NCBI GenBank assembly: GCA_965216875.1 | Contig: OZ244207.1 | Coordinates: 1,536,001 to 1,600,000 of the forward strand | Reading direction: 5' to 3' | Length of the DNA stretch: 64,000 nucleotides | Source of the DNA: Rubripirellula sp. | GTDB taxonomy: Bacteria; Planctomycetota; Planctomycetia; Pirellulales; Pirellulaceae | Part shown: in pieces, positions 19,368 through 30,444 of the stretch | How the letters are laid out: each line of letters begins with the position of its first letter | How positions within the stretch are numbered: the first letter of the stretch is position 1 | Notes under the pieces: generated by a model | Told to the model about the DNA's origin: nothing | The model's database searches: none | The model's input: the letters and a program-made list of their open reading frames with translations, nothing else | Made by a program: the position numbers and the translations under genes

Positions 19368-20389
19368 AGCACGCGAGCTGGTGCGGCTGACTGTTCTTTG
19401 ACCAATCGAGCGATCAAGTCATCAACCGTGATGCCGTCCGCTTCGGCGGCGAAAGTGGGCACGATTCGGTGACGCAAGACGGGATGGGCCAACACTTCCA
19501 CATCTTCGATCGTGACATGCGGTCGGCCATGAATGAGGGCTCTCGCTTTGGCCGCGAGCACGAGTTGTTGGCTAGCTCGAGGACCGGGGCCCCATTCGAT
19601 CAGTTCTTTTGCCCAAGGCTTGCTCGATTCGTCTCGTGGACGCACCGCGCGAACCGCATCGAGTACCCAATCTTTGACATGTTGCGGCAACGGAACGCGG
19701 CGCACCGTCTTTTGGTATTCGATGATTTCATCGCCCGAGACCACCGCCTCGACGGTGCTGTCGAACGTTCCCGTGGTACGGTCAACGATTTCTTCCTCTT
19801 GGTCGCGTGACGGATAGTCGACCACAACGTGGAAGAGGAAGCGGTCTCGCTGCGCCTCGGGAAGCGGGTAGGTGCCTTCCTGTTCAATCGGGTTCTGGGT
19901 CGCCAGTACGAAAAACGGCTCGTCCAAGTGATAGGTTTTTCCGGCTGCGGTTACCTCGTGTTCTTGCATCGCTTCGAGCAACGCAGCTTGAGTTTTCGGT
20001 GGCGTCCGATTGATTTCGTCGGCCAGCAGCATTTGGGTAAAGACAGGGCCTTTTTCGAAGACGAATTGACGGTGCCCCGTCTGCGGGTCTTCTTGGATGA
20101 TTTCTGTTCCCGTGATGTCACCAGGCATCAAGTCGGGCGTGAACTGGATACGGCGAAACGTCAGGTGCATCGACTCGGCGAGCGTTCGAACCATCAGGGT
20201 CTTGGCCAGTCCTGGCACGCCCTCGAGCAAACAGTGGCCGCTAGCCAAAATCGCGATGAGGAGTTGCTCGATCACATCGTCTTGGCCGACAACGACTCGA
20301 CCGACTTGTTGGCGGATCGCATCGCAAGCCGCAACTAGTTTTTCGGCTGCGACAGAGTCCTCGTTGGCAGCGGGATTCGAATCGGACAA
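19364..20389 (-). CDS. MoxR family AAA+ ATPase
   Basis: [73 protein letters not shown] start with GAGG RBS inferred. Confidence 0.92.
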   Translation of the reverse strand: MSDSNPAANEDSVAAEKLVAACDAIRQQVGRVVVGQDDVIEQLLIAILASGHCLLEGVPGLAKTLMVRTLAESMHLTFRRIQFTPDLMPGDITGTEIIQEDPQTGHRQFVFEKGPVFTQMLLADEINRTPPKTQAALLEAMQEHEVTAAGKTYHLDEPFFVLATQNPIEQEGTYPLPEAQRDRFLFHVVVDYPSRDQEEEIVDRTTGTFDSTVEAVVSGDEIIEYQKTVRRVPLPQHVKDWVLDAVRAVRPRDESSKPWAKELIEWGPGPRASQQLVLAAKARALIHGRPHVTIEDVEVLAHPVLRHRIVPTFAAEADGITVDDLIARLVKEQSAAPARVL

Positions 20390-20705
20390 AGCGGGATCCT
20401 CTGTGTTCGGTCGTTCTGGCGGGTGGCTGGGGCGGGAGCAATCGAAGGCAAGACTCGAAAAGCGATCCGGTTGGTGAATCGCGCCAGAGAATGAACGTGC
20501 GCGGTCCCAACTTGGACTCCGGTTTTGCAAAGTTTTTCGCAAGCCGATTGGCAATGAGCCATAGCCTTTTTGCAGCGAGCCTTGCTGATTGCCACTTCAG
20601 TTTAATCAGTTCGGGCGGGCTTGGGGGCCACCTGTGATCGCGCTGCTGCCTGTCGTATGCTAGTGACTTGCTCAGCTCCCTCGCCTCCTTTGTGATCCTT
20701 TTTCA

Positions 20706-22454
20706 ATGGCCTCGCTTTTTGTCGTTCGTGGCAGAGACCAAGGAAAGCACTTTCAGCTTTCTGCGGCCGTCCAGAAAATTGGGCGTGAGGCGTCAAGTGA
20801 GATTCAACTTTTCGATTCGGAGGCCTCTCGCAGTCACGCCGAAGTCCGCATCAGCGACGATGGCAAATGCGAGCTGGTCGACCTGGGCAGCAGCAATGGC
20901 ACACGGATCAACGGCAAGCGGGTCGTGCAACATGCGCTTGCCAGTGGCGATCGAATTGAAATTGGCACGACGCTGCTGATCTTCACCGGCACGGGGCCAC
21001 CAAGCGCACTCGATGCGGCTCATGGTGTCGATATCGTTCTGAAGAGTCAGGACGAACTTGATGGTAGCCGAATCGTTTCGTCGCTTTCTCAATCAGGCGC
21101 TGGGCATGCGATCACGGGAGTGCAGTCGCAAAGCGACGCGGACCGATCGTTGGAAGTGATGTATCTGACCGCGCTCGCCGTGGGGCGAACGGACGATCTT
21201 GATGAAGTGCTCGATCGCGTGCTGCACCTTGTCTTTGACTGGGTCGAAGCCGATCGTGGCTGTGTGATGCTACGCGACAACGAGACGGGGCAATTGCAGC
21301 CAGCAGCCCGTTGCGACCGCGAGGGCAGCCAGGCTGGCGAAAGTCGGCAGATGTCGATCAGCCGTACGATCCTTGATTATGTGATTTCGCACAAGGAAGG
21401 CGTGCGAACCAGCGATGCAAAGGATGACTCGCGTTTTGATGCGGCCGCGTCCATTGTTCACGCCGGTGTTCGTGAAGCGCTTTGTGTGCCGCTGCAAGGT
21501 CGCTACGACATCGTCGGCACGCTCTACATCGACACGTACACGCCGCCAGGACAGCTCATCGCAACGGGAAACCATCAACGTTTTACCGACGACCACCTGC
21601 GGCTGATCACCGCGATCGGACATCAAGCGGCGCTCGCCATTGAAGACACGTTCTACTATTCAGCCGTTGTGCAAAGCGAGCGGCTCGCGGCGATGGGGCA
21701 AACGATCGCAACGCTTTCTCATCACGTCAAAAACATCCTCCAAGGTATTCGCGGCGGCAGTTACCTGATCGAAGCGGGGCTTGATCGCGGCGACACCAAT
21801 GCCGTGCGCAAAGGCTGGGGAATTGTCGATCGCAACCAGGATCGTATTTCGAACCTCGTGATGGACATGTTGACCTTTTCAAAGGAGCGTGAGCCCGAAA
21901 AGGTCGAAGCGGACCTCAATGAGACGGTTGGCGATGTCGTTGAGCTCATGCAGACACGCGCCGAAGAAATGGACGTCGAACTTGGCGCTGGACTCGACGA
22001 AAAGCTCCCTGCAGCACACTTCGACCCCGAGGCAATGCATCGAGCAATTCTGAACTTGGTTACCAATGCGATTGACGCTGCATCGGGCACCATGAACGTC
22101 GAAACCGAATTCGAAACCATTGATTCGGAAGCACCCGAAGAGGAACCGACGCCGGGGAAAGTGTTTGTCACCACGCGGTTTGATCACCAATCGGGTTGGC
22201 AAATCGATGTGGTCGACAATGGACCCGGAGTTTCCGAGGAAGATCGCGAAAAAATCTTCTCGTTGTTTGAGTCGCGGAAAGGCGCGCGAGGTACGGGATT
22301 GGGATTGCCTGTGAGTGCCAAAATCATGCGAGAACATGGCGGCAGCATTCAGATCTTGGACGCGCCGCACGGACGCGGGTGCTGCTTCCGTCTGTTGCTA
22401 CCGCTTTCGGGTAGCGACACTTCCGATGTGATCAGCTTGGAAACGATCCTCTAG
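20706..22454 (+). CDS. FHA-GAF-histidine kinase
   Basis: IGR..SRSHA..DLGSSNGT (FHA); GAF; H-box LSHHVKNIL; NLVTNAIDA, DNGPG, GTGLGL. Confidence 0.92.
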   Translation: MASLFVVRGRDQGKHFQLSAAVQKIGREASSEIQLFDSEASRSHAEVRISDDGKCELVDLGSSNGTRINGKRVVQHALASGDRIEIGTTLLIFTGTGPPSALDAAHGVDIVLKSQDELDGSRIVSSLSQSGAGHAITGVQSQSDADRSLEVMYLTALAVGRTDDLDEVLDRVLHLVFDWVEADRGCVMLRDNETGQLQPAARCDREGSQAGESRQMSISRTILDYVISHKEGVRTSDAKDDSRFDAAASIVHAGVREALCVPLQGRYDIVGTLYIDTYTPPGQLIATGNHQRFTDDHLRLITAIGHQAALAIEDTFYYSAVVQSERLAAMGQTIATLSHHVKNILQGIRGGSYLIEAGLDRGDTNAVRKGWGIVDRNQDRISNLVMDMLTFSKEREPEKVEADLNETVGDVVELMQTRAEEMDVELGAGLDEKLPAAHFDPEAMHRAILNLVTNAIDAASGTMNVETEFETIDSEAPEEEPTPGKVFVTTRFDHQSGWQIDVVDNGPGVSEEDREKIFSLFESRKGARGTGLGLPVSAKIMREHGGSIQILDAPHGRGCCFRLLLPLSGSDTSDVISLETIL

Positions 22455-24586
22455 GCGGCAAACGCTTCCGGGAGTTGGCCGCTGTATCGCGCACCCGCGT
22501 ATTGCCGATACCACTGAGCGATCGATCGCAGTTGAGGCTCGTTGTCGCGTTGGTTTTCGGCCGCTTGCTCAATCCGCGCCGCGAATTGATGGAGCGTTTC
22601 GGAGCGATTCCGAATCAACCGTTGTTTTCGTGTCAGGCGGTCGACCCGTCGCAGCATCTTTCGGCTTTGAATTTCGAGTGGGTCGTCGCCGCCTCGTTTG
22701 GCTCGGTGACGACGGTACCAAAGCAATCCGACCAGCCCAAAAAAGAGTGGCAGTTGTAGGTAACGGAAGATCACAACCAATGGGTCGGTCGCACGTTGTG
22801 ACGAGATCCAGCCCCAGATGTATCCAAACAGCGTATCCGACTCGTCGAGATCATCGGCCGCTTCGATGTCGGAATCAACGGTCTCATCTTCGTCAACGCC
22901 AAAGGGATCGATCGTCGAGTAGGTTCGCCCCGGTGTGGATTCGACAGGAAACCACTGGCCCGTTTCATCGTCAAAGGCTTCCACCCAGGCGTGAGCGTCA
23001 CCGTTGCGTGCCAGCCAGCGTTCGTTTTCGTCGTTGTATTCGTCAGCAACGTAACCGGTCACATAACGCGTCGGGATTCCTTCGTGCCTTAACAGCAACG
23101 CCGTCGCAGTGGCGAAGTATTCACAGTGGGCCGGGTGTGGTTGGTCTAAGAACGCGGCGATCGGGTCGACGCCGCGCGGAGCGCGAGTTCGTTGCAGCGT
23201 GTAGCCGTAGTTCGCCTGGAAATAGTCCTCGCAAGCGACTGCTTTTTCGCGTGGTGAATCGTCAGGATCAAAGATCACCAGCGCCTTCCTTGCGACCGCA
23301 TCAGCGCATCTTCGTGGAATGACTGTCGCAGCCTGACGTCGCAATCCCGTTACTTGTTTGCGAGTGACTTCGGTGGCGACGCCGGCAACGTAGGGATACC
23401 GTGGGTCGACCCCCATCCGAATCACGTCATGGTGACCAACGATCAATTCTCCACTGCGTGCCTCGAGCCAGTCGGTCGCAAGCGGCAGGAATATTCGGTT
23501 TCCTTTTTGCGGGTCGAGAATGACTTCGATCGGCACGGTGGGTCGACGATTGACTCGATTCAAATCAAACCGACTAAGTTCACTGCGGTTGGCCTGTTCA
23601 AGAGGCGTCTGTGCGTCGCCAACCGACCGCAGGATGCGATCAGAAAACGCTTGGTCGCTGATGTTTGCCGAGTTACGCGTCGTTTTCCACACACTTGAAC
23701 GGTAGAGGTCGAAGACCTTTCCGCGTAGATAGCCAGGTGCTCGGTCACTATAGACGCGAAGGGCGATTCCTTGCGGGTCGCCTTCGAGATGCCGTCGCAC
23801 ATCGCCAAGATTGCTGCCGTTCACATAGCGTGTTCCGCTGATCGTCGATTGTTGTGCGATGGGATCGAAACGTGACTTGAGCTGCTCTTGCAAGATGTCG
23901 CGCACACCTGGCAGGACTTCGTTTGTGCCGCGAGCGACAGCGCTTGTCGCGATCATGATCAACGAAAGTGCCAGCAACGAGTAGAGTTGACCCGTTCCCG
24001 CAAACAATGACTTGAACGTGAAGGGTTGAGCACCGGCGTGGCTGATCCTTTCGCTTTCCGTTTCGCCGTTCTTTTGGCGATAGCGCGCCGACAGCACGAT
24101 TTGTGATGCAATCGCAAAGCCGATTGCCGTGGTGATCCCAACGACCGTTTGAGCGCCGAGGTATTGGCTGACACCACCGGCCGCGACGCAACAGAGCAAG
24201 ACGCAGAGTCCAAGGCCGAGCATTGCTGGATGTCCCACTTTGGGTCGCATCGCCCAAAGCAGCAACACCCCGAAAACGCAGGAGTGGGCAAGCATGTCGA
24301 TGCCGAAGGACAAGATGTTGATCGTTTCGCTGAAGTGGGCCGTGAGTCGCCAAGACGAGACCGCAGCAACAAGCCCGATTACCCCTAACGCGGTCATCGC
24401 CCAGCGTTGCCATCGAGGGCGAATCTTCTTGGGCTCAACCACCGTTCGACGACTGCGCCACAGGACCAAAAGGAATGACAGAGCCGCGATTCCGCCGGTC
24501 ATTGACCAGGTCTCAAACGTCGCACAAACGAATAGAACCAAGCAAGCGACGAGCAAGGCCAAAACGCGTGTCTCGGTAACTCTCAC
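22451..24586 (-). CDS. Membrane transglutaminase-like (TgpA-type) protein
   Basis: Multiple TM helices; catalytic HCEYFATA, RYVTGY, HAWVEAF. Confidence 0.9.
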   Translation of the reverse strand: MRVTETRVLALLVACLVLFVCATFETWSMTGGIAALSFLLVLWRSRRTVVEPKKIRPRWQRWAMTALGVIGLVAAVSSWRLTAHFSETINILSFGIDMLAHSCVFGVLLLWAMRPKVGHPAMLGLGLCVLLCCVAAGGVSQYLGAQTVVGITTAIGFAIASQIVLSARYRQKNGETESERISHAGAQPFTFKSLFAGTGQLYSLLALSLIMIATSAVARGTNEVLPGVRDILQEQLKSRFDPIAQQSTISGTRYVNGSNLGDVRRHLEGDPQGIALRVYSDRAPGYLRGKVFDLYRSSVWKTTRNSANISDQAFSDRILRSVGDAQTPLEQANRSELSRFDLNRVNRRPTVPIEVILDPQKGNRIFLPLATDWLEARSGELIVGHHDVIRMGVDPRYPYVAGVATEVTRKQVTGLRRQAATVIPRRCADAVARKALVIFDPDDSPREKAVACEDYFQANYGYTLQRTRAPRGVDPIAAFLDQPHPAHCEYFATATALLLRHEGIPTRYVTGYVADEYNDENERWLARNGDAHAWVEAFDDETGQWFPVESTPGRTYSTIDPFGVDEDETVDSDIEAADDLDESDTLFGYIWGWISSQRATDPLVVIFRYLQLPLFFGLVGLLWYRRHRAKRGGDDPLEIQSRKMLRRVDRLTRKQRLIRNRSETLHQFAARIEQAAENQRDNEPQLRSIAQWYRQYAGARYSGQLPEAFAA

Positions 24587-25875
24587 GACACACCTCCAGC
24601 CAACGCGGAAGGTCGACGTTGGTGGTGCGCCGAGTTCGGATCGGAAGACACTTGAGGTGCGAGGTTCGGTTTCGGAGGCGACGCATGTGCGCTATCCGCC
24701 CTGAGGATGGAGACTTGGTGACCGCGGCCATCCCAAATGTCGTCGTCCGGGCGCAGCGTCAACACAAGCACTGGGGTGGAGCCAACACTCTCGAAGAGTT
24801 TTTCCAACGCCAAGTCTGCTTCACCGGCGGAAACATCGTGAGCCATCGCGAGACGAATCAAGTACGTCTCGCGATCGCCGGATGCGGTTGCAACCGAGAC
24901 GCCGTCCGTATGGTCGCCCGGCTGGGAACTTAAAAACATCTGCAGTCGCACCATCTTTGCCGTTAGCTCGGTTACCGCGCTGGCAGCGAAGGACAAAAGG
25001 CGTTCCAGGTCTTCGCGGTGCGCTGCATCGCAAACGGTATCCACAACCAGCACGACCGTTTGAACGGATGGTGATTGAAACTCACGCACGATCGGTTTTC
25101 CGAGTCGAGCCCACGACGCAAAATCCCATCGTCGAACAGGCATCCCCTGTTGGTACTCGCGACTTCCGGTGTAATCGAGCGCATCGCCCGAGAGCAATCG
25201 CCGTGACCAAGCACCCAGTGCGGACAACATCCCCATGGCAGCTGCGTCGTCACCGTCTAGAAGGCGAGGAGTGATTGCGATCGTTGCGTCACTCGCGATC
25301 TTCTGGCGGTTTCGAAACAAATGAAAAGGAAACATCGAATCAACGAGCACGGCTGGGATCGAATGCAAACCGCGGTGATGAAAGAGCAGCGTCGTTCTTA
25401 CAGAAACGTTCTCCTGATGGGCGATGTAGCTAATTGCCCGAGACGTTTCGTCGCTTTCGTAGAGTGGCAGCTTGCCCTTGGCACGCATGCGTTTGACCGA
25501 CCTGGGATGGGCGAAACGCGAAAAGCGAACGAACATATCAATGGCAGGAAGCGGACTGCGATTGGCGACATGCATGGTTACCGAAAACGGTTCGCCAGCG
25601 GGCGCACTATTGGGGAGCGTGTGGGTGACACGCAGCCTGGGGCTCATGAACCGATTGGAGAGCCACCCAATGGCGAGCAGCGAAACGGACGCCGAGAAGA
25701 TTCCCATCCAGGGATAGCCCCAGACGATGTTGAGTGAGATGATCGCGACAAGCAGCAAGCCGACGGACGCCGTTGTCATCGATTGACGAAAAGAAAGCAG
25801 AAGTCGCAGCGGCCAAATCGCCAAAGCGAAGATCAGCTTGATCGATCGCAAACCGAATCGAAACGCGGCGTTCAA
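24583..25875 (-). CDS. DUF58 domain protein
   Basis: FPFHLF, REYQQGMPVRRWDFASWARLGKPIVREF; TTG start overlapping the MoxR stop, with GGAGG RBS. Confidence 0.88.
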   Translation of the reverse strand: MNAAFRFGLRSIKLIFALAIWPLRLLLSFRQSMTTASVGLLLVAIISLNIVWGYPWMGIFSASVSLLAIGWLSNRFMSPRLRVTHTLPNSAPAGEPFSVTMHVANRSPLPAIDMFVRFSRFAHPRSVKRMRAKGKLPLYESDETSRAISYIAHQENVSVRTTLLFHHRGLHSIPAVLVDSMFPFHLFRNRQKIASDATIAITPRLLDGDDAAAMGMLSALGAWSRRLLSGDALDYTGSREYQQGMPVRRWDFASWARLGKPIVREFQSPSVQTVVLVVDTVCDAAHREDLERLLSFAASAVTELTAKMVRLQMFLSSQPGDHTDGVSVATASGDRETYLIRLAMAHDVSAGEADLALEKLFESVGSTPVLVLTLRPDDDIWDGRGHQVSILRADSAHASPPKPNLAPQVSSDPNSAHHQRRPSALAGGVS

Positions 25876-26897
25876 ACCGGAACCTCCACTTGCTGTACCA
25901 GTTCTTCGATGACCATCGTTGTTTCGCTGGCCTTCGCCGAAACGCTCCGCGCTGCGACGCGATGGGCAAGTGTCGCGACCGCGAGTGCTTGGATATCGTC
26001 TGGCATGACAAAGTCGCGACCGTCGAGCGTTGCTTTGGCTTGAGCGGCTCGCAGTAGCATTTTTGAGCCGCGCGGGCTGCATCCAACACGTAATCGAGTG
26101 TCGCGCCGCGTCGCGTTGACGAGTTCAACAAGGTAGTGTGCAACATTCCGCTCGACCTTGACGTGCCGAACCAGGTTTTGAAGTGCGACCAGGTCGTCGC
26201 CGTGCATCACCGGCTGCAAGGTTGAATGAGGGTCGTTTGCCGCCTGGTCAAGCAGCAGGTCGACTTCGCTTTCGGCGTCCGGGTAGTTCATCGACAAACG
26301 CAACAAGAAGCGGTCAAGCTGCGACTCGGGTAGCGGAAACGTCCCCTCAAAGCCACTCGGGTTTTGTGTGGCGATGACAACAAAGGGTTGTCGTAAATCA
26401 CGACCGACACCATCGATCGTGACTTGAGCCTCGGCCATCGCCTCGAGCAGTGCACTTTGCGTCCGCGGAGACGCACGATTGATCTCGTCGGCAATCAAGA
26501 GGTTGCAAAAGATCGGGCCAGGACGGAATTCAAAGGTCCCACTTGAAGGCTGAAAGATCGAGCTCCCCAAAATGTCCGCCGGCAAAAGGTCGGGCGTGCA
26601 CTGCACTCTCTGGAAGTCGAGGTCGATCAATGCGGCTAGCGATTTTGCCAAAGTCGTTTTGCCAACTCCAGGAACATCTTCCAACAGCACAGAGCCTTCG
26701 GCGAGCATCGCGGTCAAGACGAGATCAATCACCTCCTCTTTGCCGCGGATCACCGTTTGAATCTTCTGACGTACGGTTTCGATCTGGGCCAGTAGCTCGG
26801 GGGCGCGTGCTCGTGCGCGATCACTGGCTTCGCGGTCGTTGGCTTCGTCGGGGTGTTCTTCCACTGCCGATTCCATGTCGCTGGCTCTAGCATCCAT
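25872..26897 (-). CDS. MoxR family AAA+ ATPase (MoxR-DUF58-transglutaminase operon)
   Basis: LLEDVPGVGKT, QCTPDLLPADILG, DEINRASPRTQSALLEAM, EGTFPLPESQLDRF. Confidence 0.93.
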   Translation of the reverse strand: MDARASDMESAVEEHPDEANDREASDRARARAPELLAQIETVRQKIQTVIRGKEEVIDLVLTAMLAEGSVLLEDVPGVGKTTLAKSLAALIDLDFQRVQCTPDLLPADILGSSIFQPSSGTFEFRPGPIFCNLLIADEINRASPRTQSALLEAMAEAQVTIDGVGRDLRQPFVVIATQNPSGFEGTFPLPESQLDRFLLRLSMNYPDAESEVDLLLDQAANDPHSTLQPVMHGDDLVALQNLVRHVKVERNVAHYLVELVNATRRDTRLRVGCSPRGSKMLLRAAQAKATLDGRDFVMPDDIQALAVATLAHRVAARSVSAKASETTMVIEELVQQVEVPV

Positions 26898-27376
26898 CAA
26901 TACATCTTCCCTGCCGATCGAGTTATCGCGAAGCCTCGCCAATGCACACCTTGGGCTCTCACGCGCTGAAGGTTTTCCTCAGCGGTGACAAGTTGCATCG
27001 ACGAAGACAACACATCGCGTCGCCTCAGGTATGCAAGATACCCACAGTCGCGAACGATGTGACGAGTGTTGGTTGAAAAAACTGCGACGAGTGATGAAAA
27101 GGTTGGCGTCGAAAGCGGATCGATGATGGATGTGAAGAAGCAATGAATGAAAATCGATCGGCGACGTGAAGACAGCAAGCCGTTGGTGAATCCGAATTCA
27201 GATTCGACGACTCGTCTGCCTCCCTTGACGCAACGCAAGTAGTTTACATTGGGCGGATCGAATTGGTTCACGTTGAAACCGCGATTTTTTTGGCCTGCGT
27301 GCTTTCGAGAGTCACTTCCATTCTGTTGAAGTTTGCGGCGCCTCCTTTTTTGAACCTTGTGTCCTTTTCTTGAACC

Positions 27377-28153
27377 TTGCGTCCTCATCATCCGCATCGC
27401 GAGCAGTTGCCAGTCGGCCATCGGTCGCTCGAAATCCAAGTCACCGACGATGGCTCGCGGACATTGATCGATACGAGCCAATTCGAGCCCTTCCATGCGA
27501 CAGGGGTGGCATTCCACAGTGCCTCGGGAGCGCTCGCCGAAACCAAACACGTTTACCTTTCCAACAGCGGCGTCGCCCGTCGACTTGAATCTGGCCAGCA
27601 GACTTCGGTCCTTGAGGTTGGTCTCGGCACTGCAATGGGCATGCTTGTGACGGTTGATTTGGCGGTCACCAATGGGGCTTCTGTTAACTATCTCGCACTT
27701 GAACGGCAATGGCTTTCGGCCGACGTCATCCGCCAACTGCAGATTGGTCATTGGGTCGTCAATCAAGCGATCGCCGAAAGCTATTTGCACTGGCGGTCGA
27801 CATTGCCCGAGTCGGTGCCTGAGGGCGTCTATCAATGGTCGCCGACGGACGAAGTGTCGGTGGCGGTCCAGGTCGGTGACGCATTGGATTGGCGTCCGGA
27901 ACAAGAGGGTTGTTTTGACGCGATCTATTTCGATCCGTTCGCGCCCGAGGAGAATGCCGAGCTTTGGACATGCGACTATCTCAGACGCATGCGTGCGGCG
28001 TTGGCGGACGACGGCAAGCTCACGACTTACTGCGTCAGTCGGTTGGTGCGCGACAACCTCGTCGCTGCGGGCTTATCGGTCGACGTGGTTGCTGGACCTC
28101 CCGGCGGCAAACGGAATGTTCTGATTGCCCAGAGGGAATCGGCGGCAGGGTGA
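27377..28153 (+). CDS. mnmD: tRNA mnm5s2U34 methyltransferase (MnmC methyltransferase domain, MnmD-like)
   Basis: TDDGSRTL, FHSASGALAETKHVYL, VLEVGLGTA, FDAIYFDPFAPEENAELW, LTTYC, GPPGGKR. Confidence 0.8.
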   Translation: MRPHHPHREQLPVGHRSLEIQVTDDGSRTLIDTSQFEPFHATGVAFHSASGALAETKHVYLSNSGVARRLESGQQTSVLEVGLGTAMGMLVTVDLAVTNGASVNYLALERQWLSADVIRQLQIGHWVVNQAIAESYLHWRSTLPESVPEGVYQWSPTDEVSVAVQVGDALDWRPEQEGCFDAIYFDPFAPEENAELWTCDYLRRMRAALADDGKLTTYCVSRLVRDNLVAAGLSVDVVAGPPGGKRNVLIAQRESAAG

Positions 28154-28169
28154 ACTAATCGCTGGTGAG

Positions 28170-29141
28170 TTAGTCGCCGGTAAATTCTGCGACCTTGTCG
28201 GCAACCTCGGTGAATCTGTTCATCGGCAGGGCATCGTTGTGCCCCATACCGTCGACAAGGATCCAATGCTTGGGCTGGCAGGTGGCCAATTCGTACAAAC
28301 TGCGCCCTCGTTCGGTCGGCACCACGCGGTCGGGAGTTCCATGGACAACCACAAGCGGTCCGTCGTATTGCTGCAAACGCTGCGCAGAATTGAAACGATT
28401 ACGCATCAAGGTGCGAACCGGGACGATCGGGAATTTGGTCGCAGCCACCTCGGGCAGACTGTCAAAGGTGCGTTCCATGACCAATGCCTTTGCACCACCA
28501 TCAGCCGCAACCGCCGCGGCGCAACCACCACCCAACGACCGTCCATAAAGGATCAGGTCGGTCGGTGCCACATTGTGACGCTCGCACAAGTAGTCTCTTG
28601 CAGCCAAGCAGTCGGCGATGATCGCATCTTCGCTCGGAGATCCTTCTTCGCGAAAACCGCGGTATTCGACGAGCAGGACCGACGCGTCGAACGCCTCGGA
28701 GAGTTTACGTGCGAGCGGATCGAGCCAGATGGCTTTACTCGCATTGCCATGAAAGAACATGACGTTGCGATCGGTGCGTTCATGGATCAGTAGGCGTCCG
28801 GTGACCTCGACGCCGTCGGCGGCGGTGTAGGTGACATCCTCGATACGTCGATCGAGCATCGACTCGGGCAACGCTCGCGAGCCATCACTCATGTAGGCTC
28901 CGGGGAAGACTAGTCGCGATTCCATCATCACGAGTGAGACTAAGATGGTGACGTAAGAAACGATGGCCAAGCGAACCATCGCTACGCCCGCACGCGCAGG
29001 CAAGGAGCGGTGGCGGCGAGCTGGCTTGGCCTTGCTGCCCCTTGTCACATTCTCGTCGTCTGAGTTTTGGTTGTCCTTTTCTGTCACGTTCGCGTACCCT
29101 GGTGCCAGAAGGTTTGCCAAGTCTGTCACGGCAAGCGTCAT
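28170..29141 (-). CDS. Membrane-anchored alpha/beta hydrolase (BEM46/YfhR-like)
   Basis: FFHGNA, EYRGF, GRSLGG nucleophile, HGTPDRVVP, GHND; start uncertain. Confidence 0.88.
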   Translation of the reverse strand: MTLAVTDLANLLAPGYANVTEKDNQNSDDENVTRGSKAKPARRHRSLPARAGVAMVRLAIVSYVTILVSLVMMESRLVFPGAYMSDGSRALPESMLDRRIEDVTYTAADGVEVTGRLLIHERTDRNVMFFHGNASKAIWLDPLARKLSEAFDASVLLVEYRGFREEGSPSEDAIIADCLAARDYLCERHNVAPTDLILYGRSLGGGCAAAVAADGGAKALVMERTFDSLPEVAATKFPIVPVRTLMRNRFNSAQRLQQYDGPLVVVHGTPDRVVPTERGRSLYELATCQPKHWILVDGMGHNDALPMNRFTEVADKVAEFTGD

Positions 29142-29173
29142 CAAAGCAAAGTTCTACGTCCGAGTCAAAACCC

Positions 29174-30337
29174 TTGTCCGAACCGAATTCCCAACCTGAC
29201 GCTTCCGAAGGCGAGTCCGACGCGAGTGGCCAAGCGGTACGACCGATGCGAGAGATCAACTTTGAACACAGTTCAAAGTTCGTGCCGATTTTGCAGCACC
29301 TCGGTGTGTCGTTGCTCGTGTCGACCTACGCAGCGGGAAAAGTGGCTTGCGTTGGCACTGGCCCTGACGGATTGCGTCTCGGCTTTTCGAACTTTCAGCG
29401 TGCGATGGGGATGGCGATCGATCAAAACCGGCTCGCCATTGGTGGTCCCAATTTGATTTGGCTGATGCGAGACGCCGAGCAACTTGCGTCCCAAATCGGC
29501 CCGCCCGGCCGACACGATCGCGCCTTCCTTGCTCGCGAGTCGTTTGTCACCGGCAACATTTCGATTCATGAAATGGGCTGGGGCAGCGAGGGAGAGCTTT
29601 GGGTCGTCAACACGCTCTTTTCGACCCTCTGCACGCTGCACGAAGATTTCAATTTTGTTCCCCGCTGGCAGCCGCCCTTTATCGACGCACTGGCACCCGA
29701 GGACCGGTGCCATATGAATGGCATGTTGATGGTCGATGGCAAGCCGAGGTACGTCACGGCGTTGGGAACGAGCAACGAAGCGCGCGGATGGCGAGAGAAG
29801 AAAGCCAACGGCGGAGTGCTGATCGACATTGAAAGTGGCGAGCAGGTCGCGAGCGGATTCTGCATGCCGCACTCACCGCGAATGCACCAAGGAAAGCTGT
29901 TCCTGCTCGACAGCGGCCATGGCAGATTGGTTGTTGTTGACCCTCAAAGTGGCAGCTACGAGATGGTGACCGAGTACCCGGGCTACGGTCGCGGGATGGC
30001 ACTTCATGGTCAGTTTGCGTTCATCGGGATGAGCAAAGCACGCGAAACCTCCGTCTTTGGGGGGGTGCCGATTTGCGCGGATCGATCGAAAATGCGTTGC
30101 GGAGTGGTTGTCGTCGATTTAGTCTCGGGTAGTTGTGTCGCTTATTTGGAATTCAAGACGGGAGTCGAGGAACTCTTTGACGTCCAGGTCGTCAGTGCTC
30201 AGAGCCCGGTGATTTGTGGCCCCTATCCAGTTGAAGATGAGCAGCCACCCGTTTGGGTCATTCCGCCCCACTCGCAAACTAACGCGCTGCTTGCCAATTC
30301 TTCCGGTAGGACCGTTCGCAGGAAACCTACGGCTTAG
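29174..30337 (+). CDS. TIGR03032 (DUF4915) family protein
   Basis: SLLVSTYAAGK, TGNISIHE, VNTLFSTLC, WQPPFI..LAPEDRCHMNG, MPHSPR; start TTG 29174 or ATG 29246. Confidence 0.88.
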   Translation: MSEPNSQPDASEGESDASGQAVRPMREINFEHSSKFVPILQHLGVSLLVSTYAAGKVACVGTGPDGLRLGFSNFQRAMGMAIDQNRLAIGGPNLIWLMRDAEQLASQIGPPGRHDRAFLARESFVTGNISIHEMGWGSEGELWVVNTLFSTLCTLHEDFNFVPRWQPPFIDALAPEDRCHMNGMLMVDGKPRYVTALGTSNEARGWREKKANGGVLIDIESGEQVASGFCMPHSPRMHQGKLFLLDSGHGRLVVVDPQSGSYEMVTEYPGYGRGMALHGQFAFIGMSKARETSVFGGVPICADRSKMRCGVVVVDLVSGSCVAYLEFKTGVEELFDVQVVSAQSPVICGPYPVEDEQPPVWVIPPHSQTNALLANSSGRTVRRKPTA

Positions 30338-30444
30338 TTTTCCCACCCCATCGTTGGATTCTGTACACTAAGCCACCACAAAGGTGCTCCCACCTTACTT
30401 TTCCATCTTATCTATTCGGTACTGCTTTTCTGAGACGTCCCAAT

